From: Enterobacteriaceae bacterium UBA5654
GTDB lineage: Bacteria; Pseudomonadota; Gammaproteobacteria; Enterobacterales; Enterobacteriaceae
Reading direction: 5' to 3'
Assembly (NCBI GenBank): GCA_002421005.1
Contig: DIJC01000023.1
Coordinates: 37,735-69,734 of the forward strand
DNA: 32,000 bases
In this document: positions 18,601-30,198 of the stretch, piece by piece
Layout of the letters: the number at the start of each line of letters is the position of its first letter
Numbering within the stretch: position 1 is the first letter of the stretch
Translations under genes and position numbers: made by a program
The notes under the pieces: generated by a model
What the model was told of the DNA's origin: nothing
Seen by the model: the letters and a program-made list of their open reading frames with translations, nothing else
Databases searched by the model: none

Positions 18601-18676
18601 AACGGGGATAAACCGGCCAGTACCTGTGGCAATGGAGTTTTTCACAAGTGTTCCCCGCCTCAGCAGGAACAACCCA
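15658..18676 (+). CRISPR. Type I-E CRISPR array, 50 repeats / 49 spacers
   Basis: Repeats start at 15658 with a 61-nt period, shifted +1 after the 33-nt spacer 16053-16085, and the last starts at 18648. Same 29-nt repeat as array 1. The penultimate (18587) and last (18648) repeats are degenerate. The leader-proximal end is next to cas2. Confidence 0.98.
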
Positions 18677-18741
18677 TCACCCACACCCTCAACCCCGCGC
18701 TTTTCCTCCCTCCACGAGAAAATCCCCATTCCCCATCGCAA

Positions 18742-19785
18742 CTATTTACCCCCTGCCTTCGCCAGTTCTTTCACCAGCGGTAGCATAATCTTCACCACTT
18801 CCCGGCTGCGGCGTTCGATGCGTCCTGGCAGCGCTTTATCAATATATTGTTGGTTATCCAGCCGCACGTTGTGCCAGCTGGTCCCCGTCGGGAAACTGGC
18901 TGACTTTGCCCGCTGTTGATAGCCGTCTTTCTTGCCAAGCGACCAGTTGGTGGCTTCGACCGAAAGCACCGGTATGCCAGCTTTATCAAACGGCTCGGCA
19001 TCGTTGCAACAGCTGGTGCCTTGCGGATAATCCGGGTTCAGGCCGGGGTTCATGGTGGCGTTGATACCCTGGCGTTTAGCGAGCGCCAGCGCGCGGTCGC
19101 GGGTGATTTTACGCACCGTCGCCGGGGTGTTTTTGCCGCTGTTAAAATAAAGCTTGTCGCCGACGATCAGGTTATCAAGGTTGATCACCAGCAGCGTATT
19201 TTTCTTCTCGGCGTCGCTCATCCGCTGTAATAAATTCTCAGCGCCCAGCTTGCCTTCTTCTTCGCCGCTGGTGGCAACAAAGCGAATGCCGTACTCGGTG
19301 GGAATATTTTTAAGCTGCGAGGCCAGCTCCAGCATTACGCCCAGCCCGGCGGCGTTGTCGTCGATACCCTGGAGCGTCAGGCCGCCCAGGTTTTGGGCGG
19401 TGTCGGCATCGCTGCGCGGCGCGTAGGTGTCGAGATGCGCCATAATCACAATCTGTTGCCTGGCGCGTCCTTCGTGCGCGGCAATCACCGTGCTGCCGGT
19501 GACGTTGTGCCAGTTCTGCTGTTTATCCGCAGAGGTATAAAGGTAGCGACTGTGAAAGGTGCGGATGTCGCTTTGATAACCCATCGCGGCAAACTGCTGA
19601 CGCAGATAATCCGCTGCCAGCATCTCGGCGGGGGAGCCGGTCATGCGGCCGGGAAAATAGGTCGCAATGTAACGCGCCTGAGTGGTCGCAAACGTGCCCG
19701 GGGGAGTTGATTTCGCCAGTACGGGGAGGGCAAAGCCTACGCTGAACGCCAGGGCAGCTAAACTGCGGCGCGATGCGGACAACAT
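18742..19785 (-). CDS. iap: Alkaline phosphatase isozyme conversion aminopeptidase
   Basis: 347-aa ORF with a signal peptide (MLSASRRSLAALAFSVGFALPVLA) and an M28-type peptidase body. Classical neighbour of the I-E array. Confidence 0.9.
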   Translation of the reverse strand: MLSASRRSLAALAFSVGFALPVLAKSTPPGTFATTQARYIATYFPGRMTGSPAEMLAADYLRQQFAAMGYQSDIRTFHSRYLYTSADKQQNWHNVTGSTVIAAHEGRARQQIVIMAHLDTYAPRSDADTAQNLGGLTLQGIDDNAAGLGVMLELASQLKNIPTEYGIRFVATSGEEEGKLGAENLLQRMSDAEKKNTLLVINLDNLIVGDKLYFNSGKNTPATVRKITRDRALALAKRQGINATMNPGLNPDYPQGTSCCNDAEPFDKAGIPVLSVEATNWSLGKKDGYQQRAKSASFPTGTSWHNVRLDNQQYIDKALPGRIERRSREVVKIMLPLVKELAKAGGK

Positions 19786-20009
19786 ACAATATCCTTAAAA
19801 AATCCAAAAAAAATCGCCGCCTACAGTATGAAACTGTGACCTGGGTTACACAATTCGAATCACACGTAACACGCCGAAAACGCGCGGGTTAAGCACTTTT
19901 TGATATTAGCTTTTTCGGGATGTTATTCCTTTGAGGAACTACTCATTCCATTTCGTAATTTCATTTGAACTAAGCCGCACCCTATAGTCCCTCTCATTAT
20001 TAAAAATAA

Positions 20010-21437
20010 GTGAGTTGTCGTGCTGTGGAATACCTGCCTCTTTTTGCTGCCCTGAAAGATCGCCCGGTACTGGTCATCGGCGGCGGTGAAATTGCCGCCC
20101 GTAAAATCGTGTTCCTGCGCCGGGCCGGAGCAAAGATACAGGTTGTGGCAACGCGCCTCGACCCGGAGGTCCACGAGCTGGCAGAGCAGGGGCAGATCCA
20201 CTGGCTGGCGACAGAATTTACCGAAGAGCAGATCGATAACGTTTTTCTGGTGATCGCCGCGACCAATAACCGTGAGCTGAACCAGCGCGTTTTCGCGGCG
20301 GCAGATGCCCGCCACCGGCTGGTCAACGTCGTTGATAACCAGCCGCTGTGCTCGTTTATTTTTCCTTCTATTGTCGATCGCTCGCCGCTGCTGATTGCCA
20401 TTTCTTCCGGCGGAAATGCGCCAGTCCTGGCGCGGCTACTGCGCGAAAAAATCGAAGCGCTGCTGCCAAAAGAGTTAGGGCGCATGGCGGAAGTGGCAGG
20501 CCGCTGGCGCGAGCGCATCAAAGACACGCTGAAAACCACCGCCGAGCGCCGTCGATTCTGGGAACGTGCCTTTCGCGGGCGCTTTGCCAGCCTGATGGCG
20601 GCCGGTAATCAGCAGGCGGCGGAGCAGGTTCTGGCGCAGACGTTACAGCAGCCGGAGCGCGCGCAGGGCGAAATTATCCTCGTCGGTGCGGGGCCAGGCG
20701 ATGCGGGACTGCTGACCCTGCGTGGTTTACAGGTGCTCCAGCAGGCCGACGTGGTGTTTTACGACCATCTGGTCACGGATGAGATCCGCGAACTGGTGCG
20801 CCGCGATGCGGATCTGATCTGCGTCGGCAAACGTGCCGGGAAACACGCGGTGCCGCAGCATGAAACCAACCGGATGCTGACAGACGCCGCGCGGGAAGGC
20901 AAAACGGTGGTGCGACTTAAGGGCGGCGATCCGTTTATTTTTGGGCGCGGCGGCGAAGAACTTCAGGCGGCAGCAGCGGCAGGCATCCCGTTTCAGGTGG
21001 TGCCGGGCGTGACGGCGGCCTCTGGCGCGACGGCTTACGCGGGCATCCCGCTGACCCATCGCGAACACGCCCAGAGCGTCACCTTTGTGACCGGACATTA
21101 CAAGCCCGACAGCGCGCCGTTCGACTGGGCGCAGCTGGCGCAGAGCCGCCAGACGCTGGCGATTTACATGGGCACCATGAAAGCGGCGGAAATCAGCGCC
21201 CAGCTTATTAAGCATGGTCGTGACGGAACGACGCCCGTGGCGGTGATATCGCGCGGCACCCGTGCCGATCAGCAGGTCAGCACCGGCACATTACAACAAC
21301 TCGAAAACCTGGCGAAAGATGCGCCGATGCCCGCGCTGCTGGTCATCGGTGAGGTGGTAAACCTGCATCACGAACTGGCCTGGTTTCAACACACTACAGG
21401 TGCGGAAGGCTTTGCCTCCGTGGTTAATCTGGCTTAA
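20010..21437 (+). CDS. cysG: Siroheme synthase (uroporphyrinogen-III methyltransferase / precorrin-2 dehydrogenase / ferrochelatase)
   Basis: ORF with an N-terminal Rossmann motif ([13 protein letters not shown]) and a C-terminal SUMT domain ([29 protein letters not shown]). The start is uncertain: GTG at 20010 or GTG at 20025 (MEYLPLF..., a better fit to the CysG N-terminus). Confidence 0.9.
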   Translation: MSCRAVEYLPLFAALKDRPVLVIGGGEIAARKIVFLRRAGAKIQVVATRLDPEVHELAEQGQIHWLATEFTEEQIDNVFLVIAATNNRELNQRVFAAADARHRLVNVVDNQPLCSFIFPSIVDRSPLLIAISSGGNAPVLARLLREKIEALLPKELGRMAEVAGRWRERIKDTLKTTAERRRFWERAFRGRFASLMAAGNQQAAEQVLAQTLQQPERAQGEIILVGAGPGDAGLLTLRGLQVLQQADVVFYDHLVTDEIRELVRRDADLICVGKRAGKHAVPQHETNRMLTDAAREGKTVVRLKGGDPFIFGRGGEELQAAAAAGIPFQVVPGVTAASGATAYAGIPLTHREHAQSVTFVTGHYKPDSAPFDWAQLAQSRQTLAIYMGTMKAAEISAQLIKHGRDGTTPVAVISRGTRADQQVSTGTLQQLENLAKDAPMPALLVIGEVVNLHHELAWFQHTTGAEGFASVVNLA

Positions 21438-21446
21438 GGAATGGTT

Positions 21447-22355
21447 ATGGATCAAAAACGACTGACTCACCTGCGGCAACTGGAGGCGGAAAGCATCCAT
21501 ATCATCCGTGAAGTTGCCGCCGAGTTTGCTAATCCGGTGATGCTTTACTCTATCGGTAAAGACTCCAGCGTGATGCTGCATCTGGCGCGTAAGGCGTTCT
21601 ATCCGGGGACGCTGCCGTTCCCGCTGCTGCATGTTGATACCGGCTGGAAATTCCGTGAGATGTATGAGTTCCGTGACCGTACCGCCAAAGCCTACGGCTG
21701 CGAACTGCTGGTGCATAAAAACCCGGAAGGCGTGGCGATGGGCATCAACCCGTTTGTTCACGGCAGCGCCAAACATACCGACATCATGAAAACCGAAGGG
21801 CTGAAGCAGGCGCTGAATAAATACGGCTTCGACGCCGCGTTTGGCGGCGCGCGTCGTGACGAAGAGAAATCGCGCGCCAAAGAGCGCATCTACTCCTTCC
21901 GCGATCGCTTCCACCGCTGGGACCCGAAAAATCAGCGCCCGGAACTGTGGCACAACTATAACGGCCAGATTAACAAGGGCGAAAGCATCCGCGTATTCCC
22001 GCTCTCCAACTGGACTGAACAGGACATCTGGCAGTACATCTGGCTGGAAAATATCGACATTGTTCCCCTGTATCTGGCCGCTGAGCGCCCGGTGCTGGAG
22101 CGTGACGGAATGCTGATGATGATTGACGACGATCGCATCGACCTGCAACCGGGCGAGGTCATTGAGCAGCGGATGGTACGCTTCCGTACTCTCGGCTGCT
22201 GGCCGCTGACCGGCGCGGTGGAATCGAACGCGCAGACATTACCGGAAATCATCGAGGAAATGCTGGTCTCCACCACCAGCGAGCGCCAGGGCCGCGTGAT
22301 TGACCGCGATCAGGCTGGCTCGATGGAACTGAAGAAACGTCAGGGATACTTCTAA
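21447..22355 (+). CDS. cysD: Sulfate adenylyltransferase subunit 2
   Basis: [27 protein letters not shown]... 302 aa, near-identical to E. coli CysD. The track ORF starts two codons earlier (21441). Confidence 0.96.
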   Translation: MDQKRLTHLRQLEAESIHIIREVAAEFANPVMLYSIGKDSSVMLHLARKAFYPGTLPFPLLHVDTGWKFREMYEFRDRTAKAYGCELLVHKNPEGVAMGINPFVHGSAKHTDIMKTEGLKQALNKYGFDAAFGGARRDEEKSRAKERIYSFRDRFHRWDPKNQRPELWHNYNGQINKGESIRVFPLSNWTEQDIWQYIWLENIDIVPLYLAAERPVLERDGMLMMIDDDRIDLQPGEVIEQRMVRFRTLGCWPLTGAVESNAQTLPEIIEEMLVSTTSERQGRVIDRDQAGSMELKKRQGYF

Positions 22356-22364
22356 GGAGCCGCC

Positions 22365-23792
22365 ATGAATACGACACTTGCACAACAAATTGCTAACGAA
22401 GGCGGCGTAGAAGCCTGGATGCACGCTCAGCAGCACAAAAGCCTGTTGCGCTTTCTGACCTGCGGCAGCGTGGACGACGGTAAAAGTACCCTGATTGGTC
22501 GCCTGTTGCACGATACCCGGCAGATCTACGAAGATCAGCTCTCTTCGCTGCATAACGACAGCAAGCGCCACGGTACTCAGGGCGAAAGGCTGGATCTGGC
22601 GCTGCTGGTGGACGGCCTGCAAGCGGAGCGCGAGCAGGGCATTACCATTGACGTTGCCTATCGTTATTTTTCGACTGAAAAACGCAAATTTATCATCGCC
22701 GACACGCCGGGGCACGAGCAGTACACCCGTAATATGGCGACCGGGGCATCCACCTGCGATCTGGCGATCCTGCTGATCGACGCACGCAAAGGCGTGCTGG
22801 ATCAAACCCGTCGTCACAGCTTTATCTCCACGCTGCTGGGCATTAAGCATCTGGTGGTGGCGATCAACAAAATGGATCTGGTGAACTTCAGCGAAGAAAC
22901 GTTCAACAGCATTCGTGAAGACTATCTGACCTTTGCCGCTCAGTTGCCGGGCGATCTGGACATCCGCTTTGTGCCGCTGTCCGCGCTGGAGGGCGACAAC
23001 GTGGCGAGCGGCAGCGCGAATCTGCCGTGGTACAGCGGCCCGACGCTGCTGGAAGTGCTGGAAACCGTTGAGATCCAGCGGGTGGTCGATCAGCAACCGA
23101 TGCGCTTCCCGGTACAGTATGTGAACCGTCCGAACCTCGATTTTCGCGGCTATTCCGGCACGCTGGCATCTGGCGTGGTGAAAGTCGGCCAGCGGATCAA
23201 AGTGCTGCCGTCCGGCGTGGAATCTGCCGTAGCGCGGATCGTCACCTTCGACGGTGACCTGGAACAGGCGGCGGCAGGCGAAGCCATTACCCTGGTACTG
23301 AAAGATGAAATCGACATCAGCCGTGGCGATTTGTTGCTGGATGCGCAGGAATCGCTGCCTGCGGTGCAAAGCGCGTCGGTCAACGTGGTCTGGATGACCG
23401 AGCAGCCGCTGACGGCAGGGCAAACGCTGGATATTAAAATTGCCGGAAAGAAAACCCGCGCCCGCGTGGATGCTATCCGACATCAGTTTGATATCAACAA
23501 CCTGACCCGCCACGACGCGGAAAACCTGCCGCTGAACGGCATCGGGCTGGTCGAGCTGACGTTTGATGAGCCGCTGGTGCTCGACAACTATCAGGCTAAT
23601 CCGGTCACCGGCGGGATGATTTTCATCGATCGCCTCTCTAACGTGACCGTTGGGGCGGGACTGGTGGAAGAAGCGCATGCGCAGGCGAGCGCCGCGCCGT
23701 CGGAGTTCAGCGCTTTTGAACTGGAACTGAACGCGCTGGTCCGCAAGCACTTCCCGCACTGGGGCGCGCGCGATCTGCTGGGAGGCAAGTAA
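22365..23792 (+). CDS. cysN: Sulfate adenylyltransferase subunit 1 (GTPase)
   Basis: 475-aa ORF with GTPase motifs ([21 protein letters not shown]). Confidence 0.96.
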   Translation: MNTTLAQQIANEGGVEAWMHAQQHKSLLRFLTCGSVDDGKSTLIGRLLHDTRQIYEDQLSSLHNDSKRHGTQGERLDLALLVDGLQAEREQGITIDVAYRYFSTEKRKFIIADTPGHEQYTRNMATGASTCDLAILLIDARKGVLDQTRRHSFISTLLGIKHLVVAINKMDLVNFSEETFNSIREDYLTFAAQLPGDLDIRFVPLSALEGDNVASGSANLPWYSGPTLLEVLETVEIQRVVDQQPMRFPVQYVNRPNLDFRGYSGTLASGVVKVGQRIKVLPSGVESAVARIVTFDGDLEQAAAGEAITLVLKDEIDISRGDLLLDAQESLPAVQSASVNVVWMTEQPLTAGQTLDIKIAGKKTRARVDAIRHQFDINNLTRHDAENLPLNGIGLVELTFDEPLVLDNYQANPVTGGMIFIDRLSNVTVGAGLVEEAHAQASAAPSEFSAFELELNALVRKHFPHWGARDLLGGK

Positions 23793-24397
23793 TGGCGCAG
23801 CATGACGAAAACGTCGTCTGGCACGCCCATCCGGTCACGGCGGAACAGCGCGAGCAGCTCCACGGGCATCGCGGCGTGGTGCTGTGGTTTACCGGGCTTT
23901 CCGGCTCCGGGAAATCCACCGTTGCCGGGGCGCTGGAAGAAGCGCTGCACCGTCTGGGCGTCAGCACCTATCTGCTGGATGGCGATAACGTGCGCCACGG
24001 CCTGTGTAGCGATCTCGGCTTCAGCGATGCCGATCGCAAGGAAAATATCCGCCGCGTCGGGGAAGTCTCCCGGCTGATGGTGGATGCAGGACTGGTGGTG
24101 CTGACCGCCTTTATCTCTCCGCACCGCGCCGAACGGCACATGGTGCGCGAGCGGGTAGGGGAAGGGCGCTTTTTTGAAGTGTTTGTTGATACGCCGCTGG
24201 CCATCTGCGAAACCCGCGATCCTAAAGGGCTGTACAAAAAGGCGCGCGCGGGCGAACTGCGGAACTTCACCGGTATTGATTCGGTTTATGAAGCCCCGGA
24301 AGCAGCGGAAGTGCATCTGGATGGTGAACAATTAGTAACAAATTTGGTGAACCGTTTATTAGACCTGTTAAGACAGAGCGATATTATCAGATCCTGA
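23792..24397 (+). CDS. cysC: Adenylylsulfate (APS) kinase
   Basis: 201-aa ORF with a P-loop (GLSGSGKST). Its ATG overlaps the cysN stop. Confidence 0.96.
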   Translation: MAQHDENVVWHAHPVTAEQREQLHGHRGVVLWFTGLSGSGKSTVAGALEEALHRLGVSTYLLDGDNVRHGLCSDLGFSDADRKENIRRVGEVSRLMVDAGLVVLTAFISPHRAERHMVRERVGEGRFFEVFVDTPLAICETRDPKGLYKKARAGELRNFTGIDSVYEAPEAAEVHLDGEQLVTNLVNRLLDLLRQSDIIRS

Positions 24398-24448
24398 CAT
24401 GCTGGCGGACGAGGCAACCGTCCGCTAAGCCAGGTAACAGGATGAGAT

Positions 24449-24772
24449 ATGCGCGATAGCCAGAACTTAAGTATCACCACCACAGAGCCGCTAATGGCAG
24501 AGGAAGAGGCCAGTTGGTCTTTTCCGGGAGCCGTGGTGGGCTTTATCTCGTGGTTGCTGGCGGCGGGTATCCCGTTTTTAATTTATGGTCCCAACACGCT
24601 TTTTTTCTTTCTTTATACCTGGCCTTTCTTCCTCGCATTAATGCCCGTCGCCGTGGTGGTGGGCATTGCGCTGCACTCTCTTCTCGGTGGCAAATTTCTC
24701 TATACCATTCTGGCGACCGCACTGACGGTCATAGCGATGTTTGGCATTCTGTTTATGTGGCTGATGGGGTAG
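24449..24772 (+). CDS. ygbE: Inner-membrane protein YgbE (DUF3561)
   Basis: 107-aa hydrophobic ORF (...TLFFFLYTWPFFLALMPVAVVVGIALHSL...), matching E. coli YgbE and its synteny. Confidence 0.85.
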   Translation: MRDSQNLSITTTEPLMAEEEASWSFPGAVVGFISWLLAAGIPFLIYGPNTLFFFLYTWPFFLALMPVAVVVGIALHSLLGGKFLYTILATALTVIAMFGILFMWLMG

Positions 24773-24947
24773 ATTCTTCCCAAAGCTGAATTATTATTGA
24801 TGGGGGCTATTTCCCTCACCGTGACGTGACATACTGATCCGCAGATAAAATGTGGTACATTTGGCGCGGTTACGCGGCATCGCCCGCGGCCGGGGTAGTG
24901 TCCTCGGGCGAGTTATGGGATGATGATGCCGTTTTTCAGGGGGCAGG

Positions 24948-25259
24948 ATGGGTAAACTAACGCTGATATTGCTGGCTTTGCTGGTCTGGCTCCAGTATTC
25001 GCTGTGGTTTGGCAAAAACGGATTACATGACTACAGCCGTGTCAGCGATGATGTCCAGGCACAGCAAACAACGAACGCCAAATTAAAAACGCGTAACGAT
25101 CAGCTTTTTGCTGAAATTGACGATCTTAACGGTGGTCAGGAAGCGATTGAAGAACGTGCACGCAACGAACTCAGTATGACCCGACCGGGCGAAACCTTTT
25201 ATCGTCTGGTGCCGGATGCGTCTAAACGCAATCTGAGTGCAGGGCAAAATAACCGATAA
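24948..25259 (+). CDS. ftsB: Cell division protein FtsB
   Basis: 103-aa [28 protein letters not shown]... followed by a coiled coil. Confidence 0.95.
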   Translation: MGKLTLILLALLVWLQYSLWFGKNGLHDYSRVSDDVQAQQTTNAKLKTRNDQLFAEIDDLNGGQEAIEERARNELSMTRPGETFYRLVPDASKRNLSAGQNNR

Positions 25260-25277
25260 CAGGCCCAGGAACGCAAG

Positions 25278-25988
25278 ATGGCAGCAACTTTTCCGGGCGT
25301 TTGCGCCGTGGTTCCGGCAGCCGGTTTTGGCCGCCGTATGCAAACGGAGTGTCCGAAACAATACCTCTCAATTGGTAACAAAACGATTCTTGAACACGCG
25401 GTGGCCGCGCTTCTGGCGCACCCTCGCGTGCAAAACGTGATTATCGCCATTACACCCGGCGACACGCGTTTTCAGCAATTACCGCTGGCAAATCATCCGC
25501 ACATCACCGTGGTAGACGGCGGCAGCGAGCGCGCCGATTCCGTCCTTGCTGGGCTTAAAGCCGCAGGCGACGTTGAATGGGTGCTGGTGCATGACGCCGC
25601 GCGTCCCTGCTTGTGTCAGGATGATTTAGACCGTCTGCTGCGTCTGAGTGAAACCAGCCGCGTGGGCGGCATTCTGGCCGCGCCGGTGCGCGACACCATG
25701 AAGCGCGGCGAGCCGGGTAAATCTGCGATCGCCCATACGGTGGACCGCAACGATCTCTGGCACGCCCTGACGCCGCAATTTTTCCCGCGAGAGCTTCTCA
25801 CTGCCTGCCTGACGCGCGCGCTCCACGAAGGCGCGACGATCACCGACGAAGCCTCCGCGCTGGAATACTGCGGTTTTCATCCCGAACTGATCCCCGGCCG
25901 CGCGGATAATATCAAAGTCACCCGCCCGGAAGATCTGGCGCTCGCCGAATTTTATCTCACCCGCTTTCATCCTCAGGAGCAGACCTAA
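25278..25988 (+). CDS. ispD: 2-C-methyl-D-erythritol 4-phosphate cytidylyltransferase
   Basis: 236-aa ORF ([12 protein letters not shown]..., [10 protein letters not shown]). Confidence 0.95.
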   Translation: MAATFPGVCAVVPAAGFGRRMQTECPKQYLSIGNKTILEHAVAALLAHPRVQNVIIAITPGDTRFQQLPLANHPHITVVDGGSERADSVLAGLKAAGDVEWVLVHDAARPCLCQDDLDRLLRLSETSRVGGILAAPVRDTMKRGEPGKSAIAHTVDRNDLWHALTPQFFPRELLTACLTRALHEGATITDEASALEYCGFHPELIPGRADNIKVTRPEDLALAEFYLTRFHPQEQT

Positions 25989-26467
25989 TGCGAATTGGAC
26001 ACGGTTTTGACGTACATGCCTTTGGCGGCCCAGGCCCGATTATCATTGGCGGCGTGCGCGTCCCTTACGAACAGGGGCTGCTGGCCCACTCCGACGGCGA
26101 CGTGGCGCTGCACGCGCTGACCGATGCGCTGCTCGGTGCGGCGGCGCTGGGCGACATCGGCAAACTGTTCCCCGATACCGATCCGGCGTTTAAAGGTGCG
26201 GACAGCCGCGAACTGCTGCGTGAGGCGTGGCGGCGTATCCAGGCGAAAGGTTATACGCTCGGCAATGTCGACGTCACCATTATCGCCCAGGCCCCAAAAA
26301 TGCTGCCGCACATCCCACAAATGCGCATCTTTATCGCCGAAGATCTCGGTTGTCATATGGATGACGTCAACGTTAAAGCCACCACCACAGAAAAACTCGG
26401 CTTTACCGGGCGCGGCGAAGGCATTGCCTGCGAAGCGGTAGCGCTGCTGCACAAGGCGGCGAAATGA
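25988..26467 (+). CDS. ispF: 2-C-methyl-D-erythritol 2,4-cyclodiphosphate synthase
   Basis: 159-aa [16 protein letters not shown]...[10 protein letters not shown]... Confidence 0.96.
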   Translation: MRIGHGFDVHAFGGPGPIIIGGVRVPYEQGLLAHSDGDVALHALTDALLGAAALGDIGKLFPDTDPAFKGADSRELLREAWRRIQAKGYTLGNVDVTIIAQAPKMLPHIPQMRIFIAEDLGCHMDDVNVKATTTEKLGFTGRGEGIACEAVALLHKAAK

Positions 26468-27513
26468 TTGCGTTTGACGACCTGACGTACCTGCACGGCA
26501 AACCGCCGGGGCAGGGGCTGTTAAAAGCCAGCCCGGAAGATTTTCTGGTGGTGGAAGATCTTGGTTTTGCGCCGGACGGTGAAGGCGAGCATCTGCTGGT
26601 CAGGATCCTGAAAAACGGCTGCAATACCCGCTTCGTGGCCGACGCGCTGGCGAAGTTCCTGAAAATTCCGGCGCGGGAAGTCAGCTTCGCCGGGCAAAAA
26701 GACAAGCACGCGGTCACTGAACAGTGGCTTTGCGCGCGGTTGCCGGGCAAAGCGATGCCCGATCTGAGCGCCTTTCAGCTTGAAGGCTGCCAGGTGCTGG
26801 AGTATGCCCGCCATCAGCGTAAGCTGCGCACCGGTGCGCTGAAAGGCAACGACTTCACCCTGATCCTGCGGGAAGTGTCCGATCGCGATGACGTCGAATC
26901 CCGGCTTCAGGCGATCCAGGCGGCAGGCGTGCCGAATTACTTTGGCGCACAGCGTTTTGGCATCGGCGGCAGCAATTTGCAGGGCGCGCTGCGCTGGGCA
27001 GAAAGTGCGGTTCCGGTTCGCGATCGGAATAAACGCAGTTTTTGGTTGTCGGCAGCCCGCAGCGCGTTGTTTAATCAGATAGTCAGTGACCGCCTGAAAA
27101 AACCAGACTTTAATCAAGTTGTTGACGGCGATGCGCTACAATTAGCGGGGCGCGGCAGCTGGTTTGTCGCCACGGAAGACGAGCTGAACGCGCTTCAGTC
27201 CCGCGTCAATAATCATGAACTGATGATCACTGCGTCCCTGCCCGGTAGCGGCGACTGGGGCACGCAGCGTAATGCGCTGGCGTTTGAACAGGCCGCTATT
27301 GGCGAAGAAACGCTGTTACAGCAGTTGCTGCTGCGCGAAAAGGTCGAGGCGGCACGCCGCGCCATGCTGCTCTGTCCGCAAAATATGCGCTGGAGCTGGT
27401 GGGATGACGTCACCGTTGAATTACGCTTCTGGCTTCCGGCAGGCAGTTTTGCCACCAGCGTCGTCAGGGAACTTATTAACACAGCAGGTGATTATGCGAA
27501 TATTGCTGAGTAA
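26464..27513 (+). CDS. truD: tRNA pseudouridine13 synthase
   Basis: 349-aa ORF with the TruD motifs ([21 protein letters not shown]). Overlaps ispF by 4 nt. Confidence 0.94.
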   Translation: MIAFDDLTYLHGKPPGQGLLKASPEDFLVVEDLGFAPDGEGEHLLVRILKNGCNTRFVADALAKFLKIPAREVSFAGQKDKHAVTEQWLCARLPGKAMPDLSAFQLEGCQVLEYARHQRKLRTGALKGNDFTLILREVSDRDDVESRLQAIQAAGVPNYFGAQRFGIGGSNLQGALRWAESAVPVRDRNKRSFWLSAARSALFNQIVSDRLKKPDFNQVVDGDALQLAGRGSWFVATEDELNALQSRVNNHELMITASLPGSGDWGTQRNALAFEQAAIGEETLLQQLLLREKVEAARRAMLLCPQNMRWSWWDDVTVELRFWLPAGSFATSVVRELINTAGDYANIAE

Positions 27514-28252
27514 TGATGACGGCATCCATGCGCCCGGCATTCAGACGCTGGCGAAAGCCCTGCGCGAATTTGCCGAGGTTCAGGTGGTCGCGCCCGATCG
27601 TAACCGCAGCGGCGCATCCAACTCATTGACGCTGGAATCTTCCCTGCGCACCTTCAGTTATGAAAATGGCGATATTGCCGTTCAGATGGGCACGCCCACT
27701 GACTGCGTGTATCTCGGCGTGAATGCCCTGATGCGTCCGCGTCCGGACGTGGTGGTTTCTGGTATTAATGCCGGGCCAAATCTTGGCGACGACGTCATTT
27801 ACTCCGGCACTGTCGCTGCCGCGATGGAAGGGCGACATCTTGGTTTCCCTGCGCTGGCGGTATCGCTGAACGGCCACAAGCATTACGACACTGCTGCAGC
27901 GGTCACCTGCACCATTTTGCGGGCGTTAAGCCGCGAACCGCTGCGCACCGGGCGGATCCTCAACATTAACGTGCCGGACCTGCCGCTTAACGAAATCAAA
28001 GGTTTTCGCGTTACCCGCTGTGGCAGCCGTCATCCTGCCGATCAGGTGATCCCGCAGGAAGACCCGCGCGGTAACACGCTGTACTGGATCGGCCCGCCGG
28101 GTGAGAAATTTGATGCTGGCCCGGACACGGACTTTGCCGCCATTGACGACGGCTACGTTTCCGTCACGCCGCTGCACGTAGACCTCACGGCGCACGGCGC
28201 GCATGATGTTGTTTCTGACTGGTTAAAACGCGTGGGAGCAAACACGCAATGA
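27494..28252 (+). CDS. surE: 5'/3'-nucleotidase SurE
   Basis: [20 protein letters not shown]... starts at ATG 27494. The track ORF from 27272 is a frame extension overlapping truD. Confidence 0.94.
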   Translation: MRILLSNDDGIHAPGIQTLAKALREFAEVQVVAPDRNRSGASNSLTLESSLRTFSYENGDIAVQMGTPTDCVYLGVNALMRPRPDVVVSGINAGPNLGDDVIYSGTVAAAMEGRHLGFPALAVSLNGHKHYDTAAAVTCTILRALSREPLRTGRILNINVPDLPLNEIKGFRVTRCGSRHPADQVIPQEDPRGNTLYWIGPPGEKFDAGPDTDFAAIDDGYVSVTPLHVDLTAHGAHDVVSDWLKRVGANTQ

Positions 28253-28875
28253 TTAGCAAACGCGTACAGAGCCTCCTCGATCAACTGCGTACTCAGGGAA
28301 TCAAAGATGAGCATGTGCTTGAGGCAATTGCTCTGGTTCCGCGTGAAAAATTTATTGATGAGGCGTTTGAACACCAGGCGTGGGAGAACGTGGCGTTGCC
28401 CATCGGGCAAGGGCAAACCATTTCGCAGCCCTATATGGTGGCGCGAATGACCGAACTGCTGGAGCTGACGCCGGAATGCCGGGTGCTGGAAGTGGGGACC
28501 GGATCAGGCTATCAAACCGCCATCCTCGCGCACCTTGTGCATCACGTCTGCTCGGTCGAGCGGATCAAAAGCCTGCAATGGCACGCAAGGCGTCGCCTGA
28601 AACAGCTCGATCTGCATAATGTGTCTACTCGTCACGGCGATGGCTGGCAGGGATGGCACGCGCGTGCGCCCTTCGACGCCATCATCGTAACGGCGGCTCC
28701 CCCGGAAATACCAGCGGCCCTGATGTCCCAACTGGCAGAGGGCGGCGTGATGGTATTGCCCGTGGGGGATGAGCACCAGTATCTGAAACGGGTGTATCGC
28801 CGCAAAGACGAATTTATTATCGATACCGTCGAGGCAGTGCGCTTCGTTCCTCTGGTCAAAGGGGAACTGGCCTGA
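28249..28875 (+). CDS. pcm: Protein-L-isoaspartate O-methyltransferase
   Basis: 208-aa ORF with a SAM-binding motif ([13 protein letters not shown]). Confidence 0.95.
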   Translation: MISKRVQSLLDQLRTQGIKDEHVLEAIALVPREKFIDEAFEHQAWENVALPIGQGQTISQPYMVARMTELLELTPECRVLEVGTGSGYQTAILAHLVHHVCSVERIKSLQWHARRRLKQLDLHNVSTRHGDGWQGWHARAPFDAIIVTAAPPEIPAALMSQLAEGGVMVLPVGDEHQYLKRVYRRKDEFIIDTVEAVRFVPLVKGELA

Positions 28876-28998
28876 GACCCGGATTTATCCTGGTTATTTC
28901 ATGGATTTTCAGCGTATGGTGAACGCATTTGTCAGTGTTCACGCCGCTGCCTTGCACGGTTCTAAATCACTGGTAGTTAACCTTTTCCTGGGGGATAA

Positions 28999-30138
28999 AT
29001 GAGCGCGGGAAGCCCAAAATTCACCGTAAGTCGCGTAGCGACATTATCACTGATTTCACTTTGCCTCGCCGGTTGCGGTAATTCGGACAATACCCCGGCG
29101 CCGGTCAGCTCGGTTAACGGCTCGACGCCCGCCAGTGCTGATTCCGGGATGCTCATCACGCCGCCGCCCAAAATGGGAACGGCCCCGCAGACGGCGAACG
29201 TGCCTGTTCAGCCGATACAACCGATGCAGCCACAGCCAACGCAGATCCAGCCGCAGACCCAGCCCGTCGCGCAGCAGTCTGTGCAAACGGAAAACGGGCG
29301 CATTGTCTACAACCGCAAATACGGCAATATTCCGAAGGGCAGCTACACCGGCGGCAGCACCTATACGGTGAAAAAAGGCGATACGCTGTTCTACATCGCC
29401 TGGATAACCGGGAACGATTTCCGTGACTTAGCGCAGCGCAACAACGTTGCCGCGCCGTATGGCCTGAACGTCGGACAGACCCTGCAGGTAGGTAACGCAT
29501 CCGGTACGCCAATCACTGGCGGCAACGCCGTTACCCAGGCTGATGCAAATGCACAAGGAATAATCTTAAAACCTGCACAGAATTCAACCGTAGCTGTTGC
29601 GTCGCAGCCGACAATTACGTATTCTGAAACCTCAGGTGAACAAAGTGCTAACAAAATGTTGCCTAACAACCGACCGACGAGTACACCCGTCACGGCACCG
29701 GTTACGGCTCCATCAACCGTTAGCGTTACTGAACCCACTGCCAGCAGTACCAACACCAGCTCGCCGATTTCGGCATGGCGTTGGCCAACTGAAGGCAATG
29801 TTATCGAAAACTTCTCTGCCACTGATAACGGCAATAAAGGGATCGATATCGCAGGTAGCAAAGGTCAGGCTATCGTAGCGACCGCTGATGGTCGCGTCGT
29901 ATATGCCGGGAGTGCGCTGCGCGGTTACGGTAATCTTATTATCATCAAACATAATGATGATTACCTGAGTGCCTACGCCCATAACGATACAATGCTGGTT
30001 CGGGAGCAACAAGAAATTAAGGCGGGGCAGAAAATAGCTACCATGGGTAGCACCGGAACCAGTTCAACACGTTTACATTTTGAAATTCGTTACAAGGGGA
30101 AATCCGTCAACCCGCTGCGTTACTTGCCGCAGCGATAA
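28999..30138 (+). CDS. nlpD: Murein hydrolase activator lipoprotein NlpD (LysM + M23 domain)
   Basis: 379-aa ORF with a lipobox ([11 protein letters not shown]), a Q/P-rich linker, LysM ([14 protein letters not shown]) and a degenerate M23 C-terminus. The rpoS promoter is known to lie inside nlpD in E. coli; it was not mapped here. Confidence 0.94.
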   Translation: MSAGSPKFTVSRVATLSLISLCLAGCGNSDNTPAPVSSVNGSTPASADSGMLITPPPKMGTAPQTANVPVQPIQPMQPQPTQIQPQTQPVAQQSVQTENGRIVYNRKYGNIPKGSYTGGSTYTVKKGDTLFYIAWITGNDFRDLAQRNNVAAPYGLNVGQTLQVGNASGTPITGGNAVTQADANAQGIILKPAQNSTVAVASQPTITYSETSGEQSANKMLPNNRPTSTPVTAPVTAPSTVSVTEPTASSTNTSSPISAWRWPTEGNVIENFSATDNGNKGIDIAGSKGQAIVATADGRVVYAGSALRGYGNLIIIKHNDDYLSAYAHNDTMLVREQQEIKAGQKIATMGSTGTSSTRLHFEIRYKGKSVNPLRYLPQR

Positions 30139-30198
30139 TCAGGCGGGATACACGGCAAACGTGTATGTCGTTCAGGGATCACGGGTAGGAGCCACCTT

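Noticed and set aside
15688-18741. About 15 ORFs (60-150 aa) tiling array 2 with the same repeated peptide motifs
   Set aside because: Same artefact: repeat-derived reading frames inside a CRISPR array, not genes.
24794-25015. 73-aa minus-strand ORF in the ygbE-ftsB spacer overlapping the ftsB start
   Set aside because: No SD sequence, overlaps ftsB antisense, and has a proline/arginine-rich low-complexity sequence. Likely spurious.
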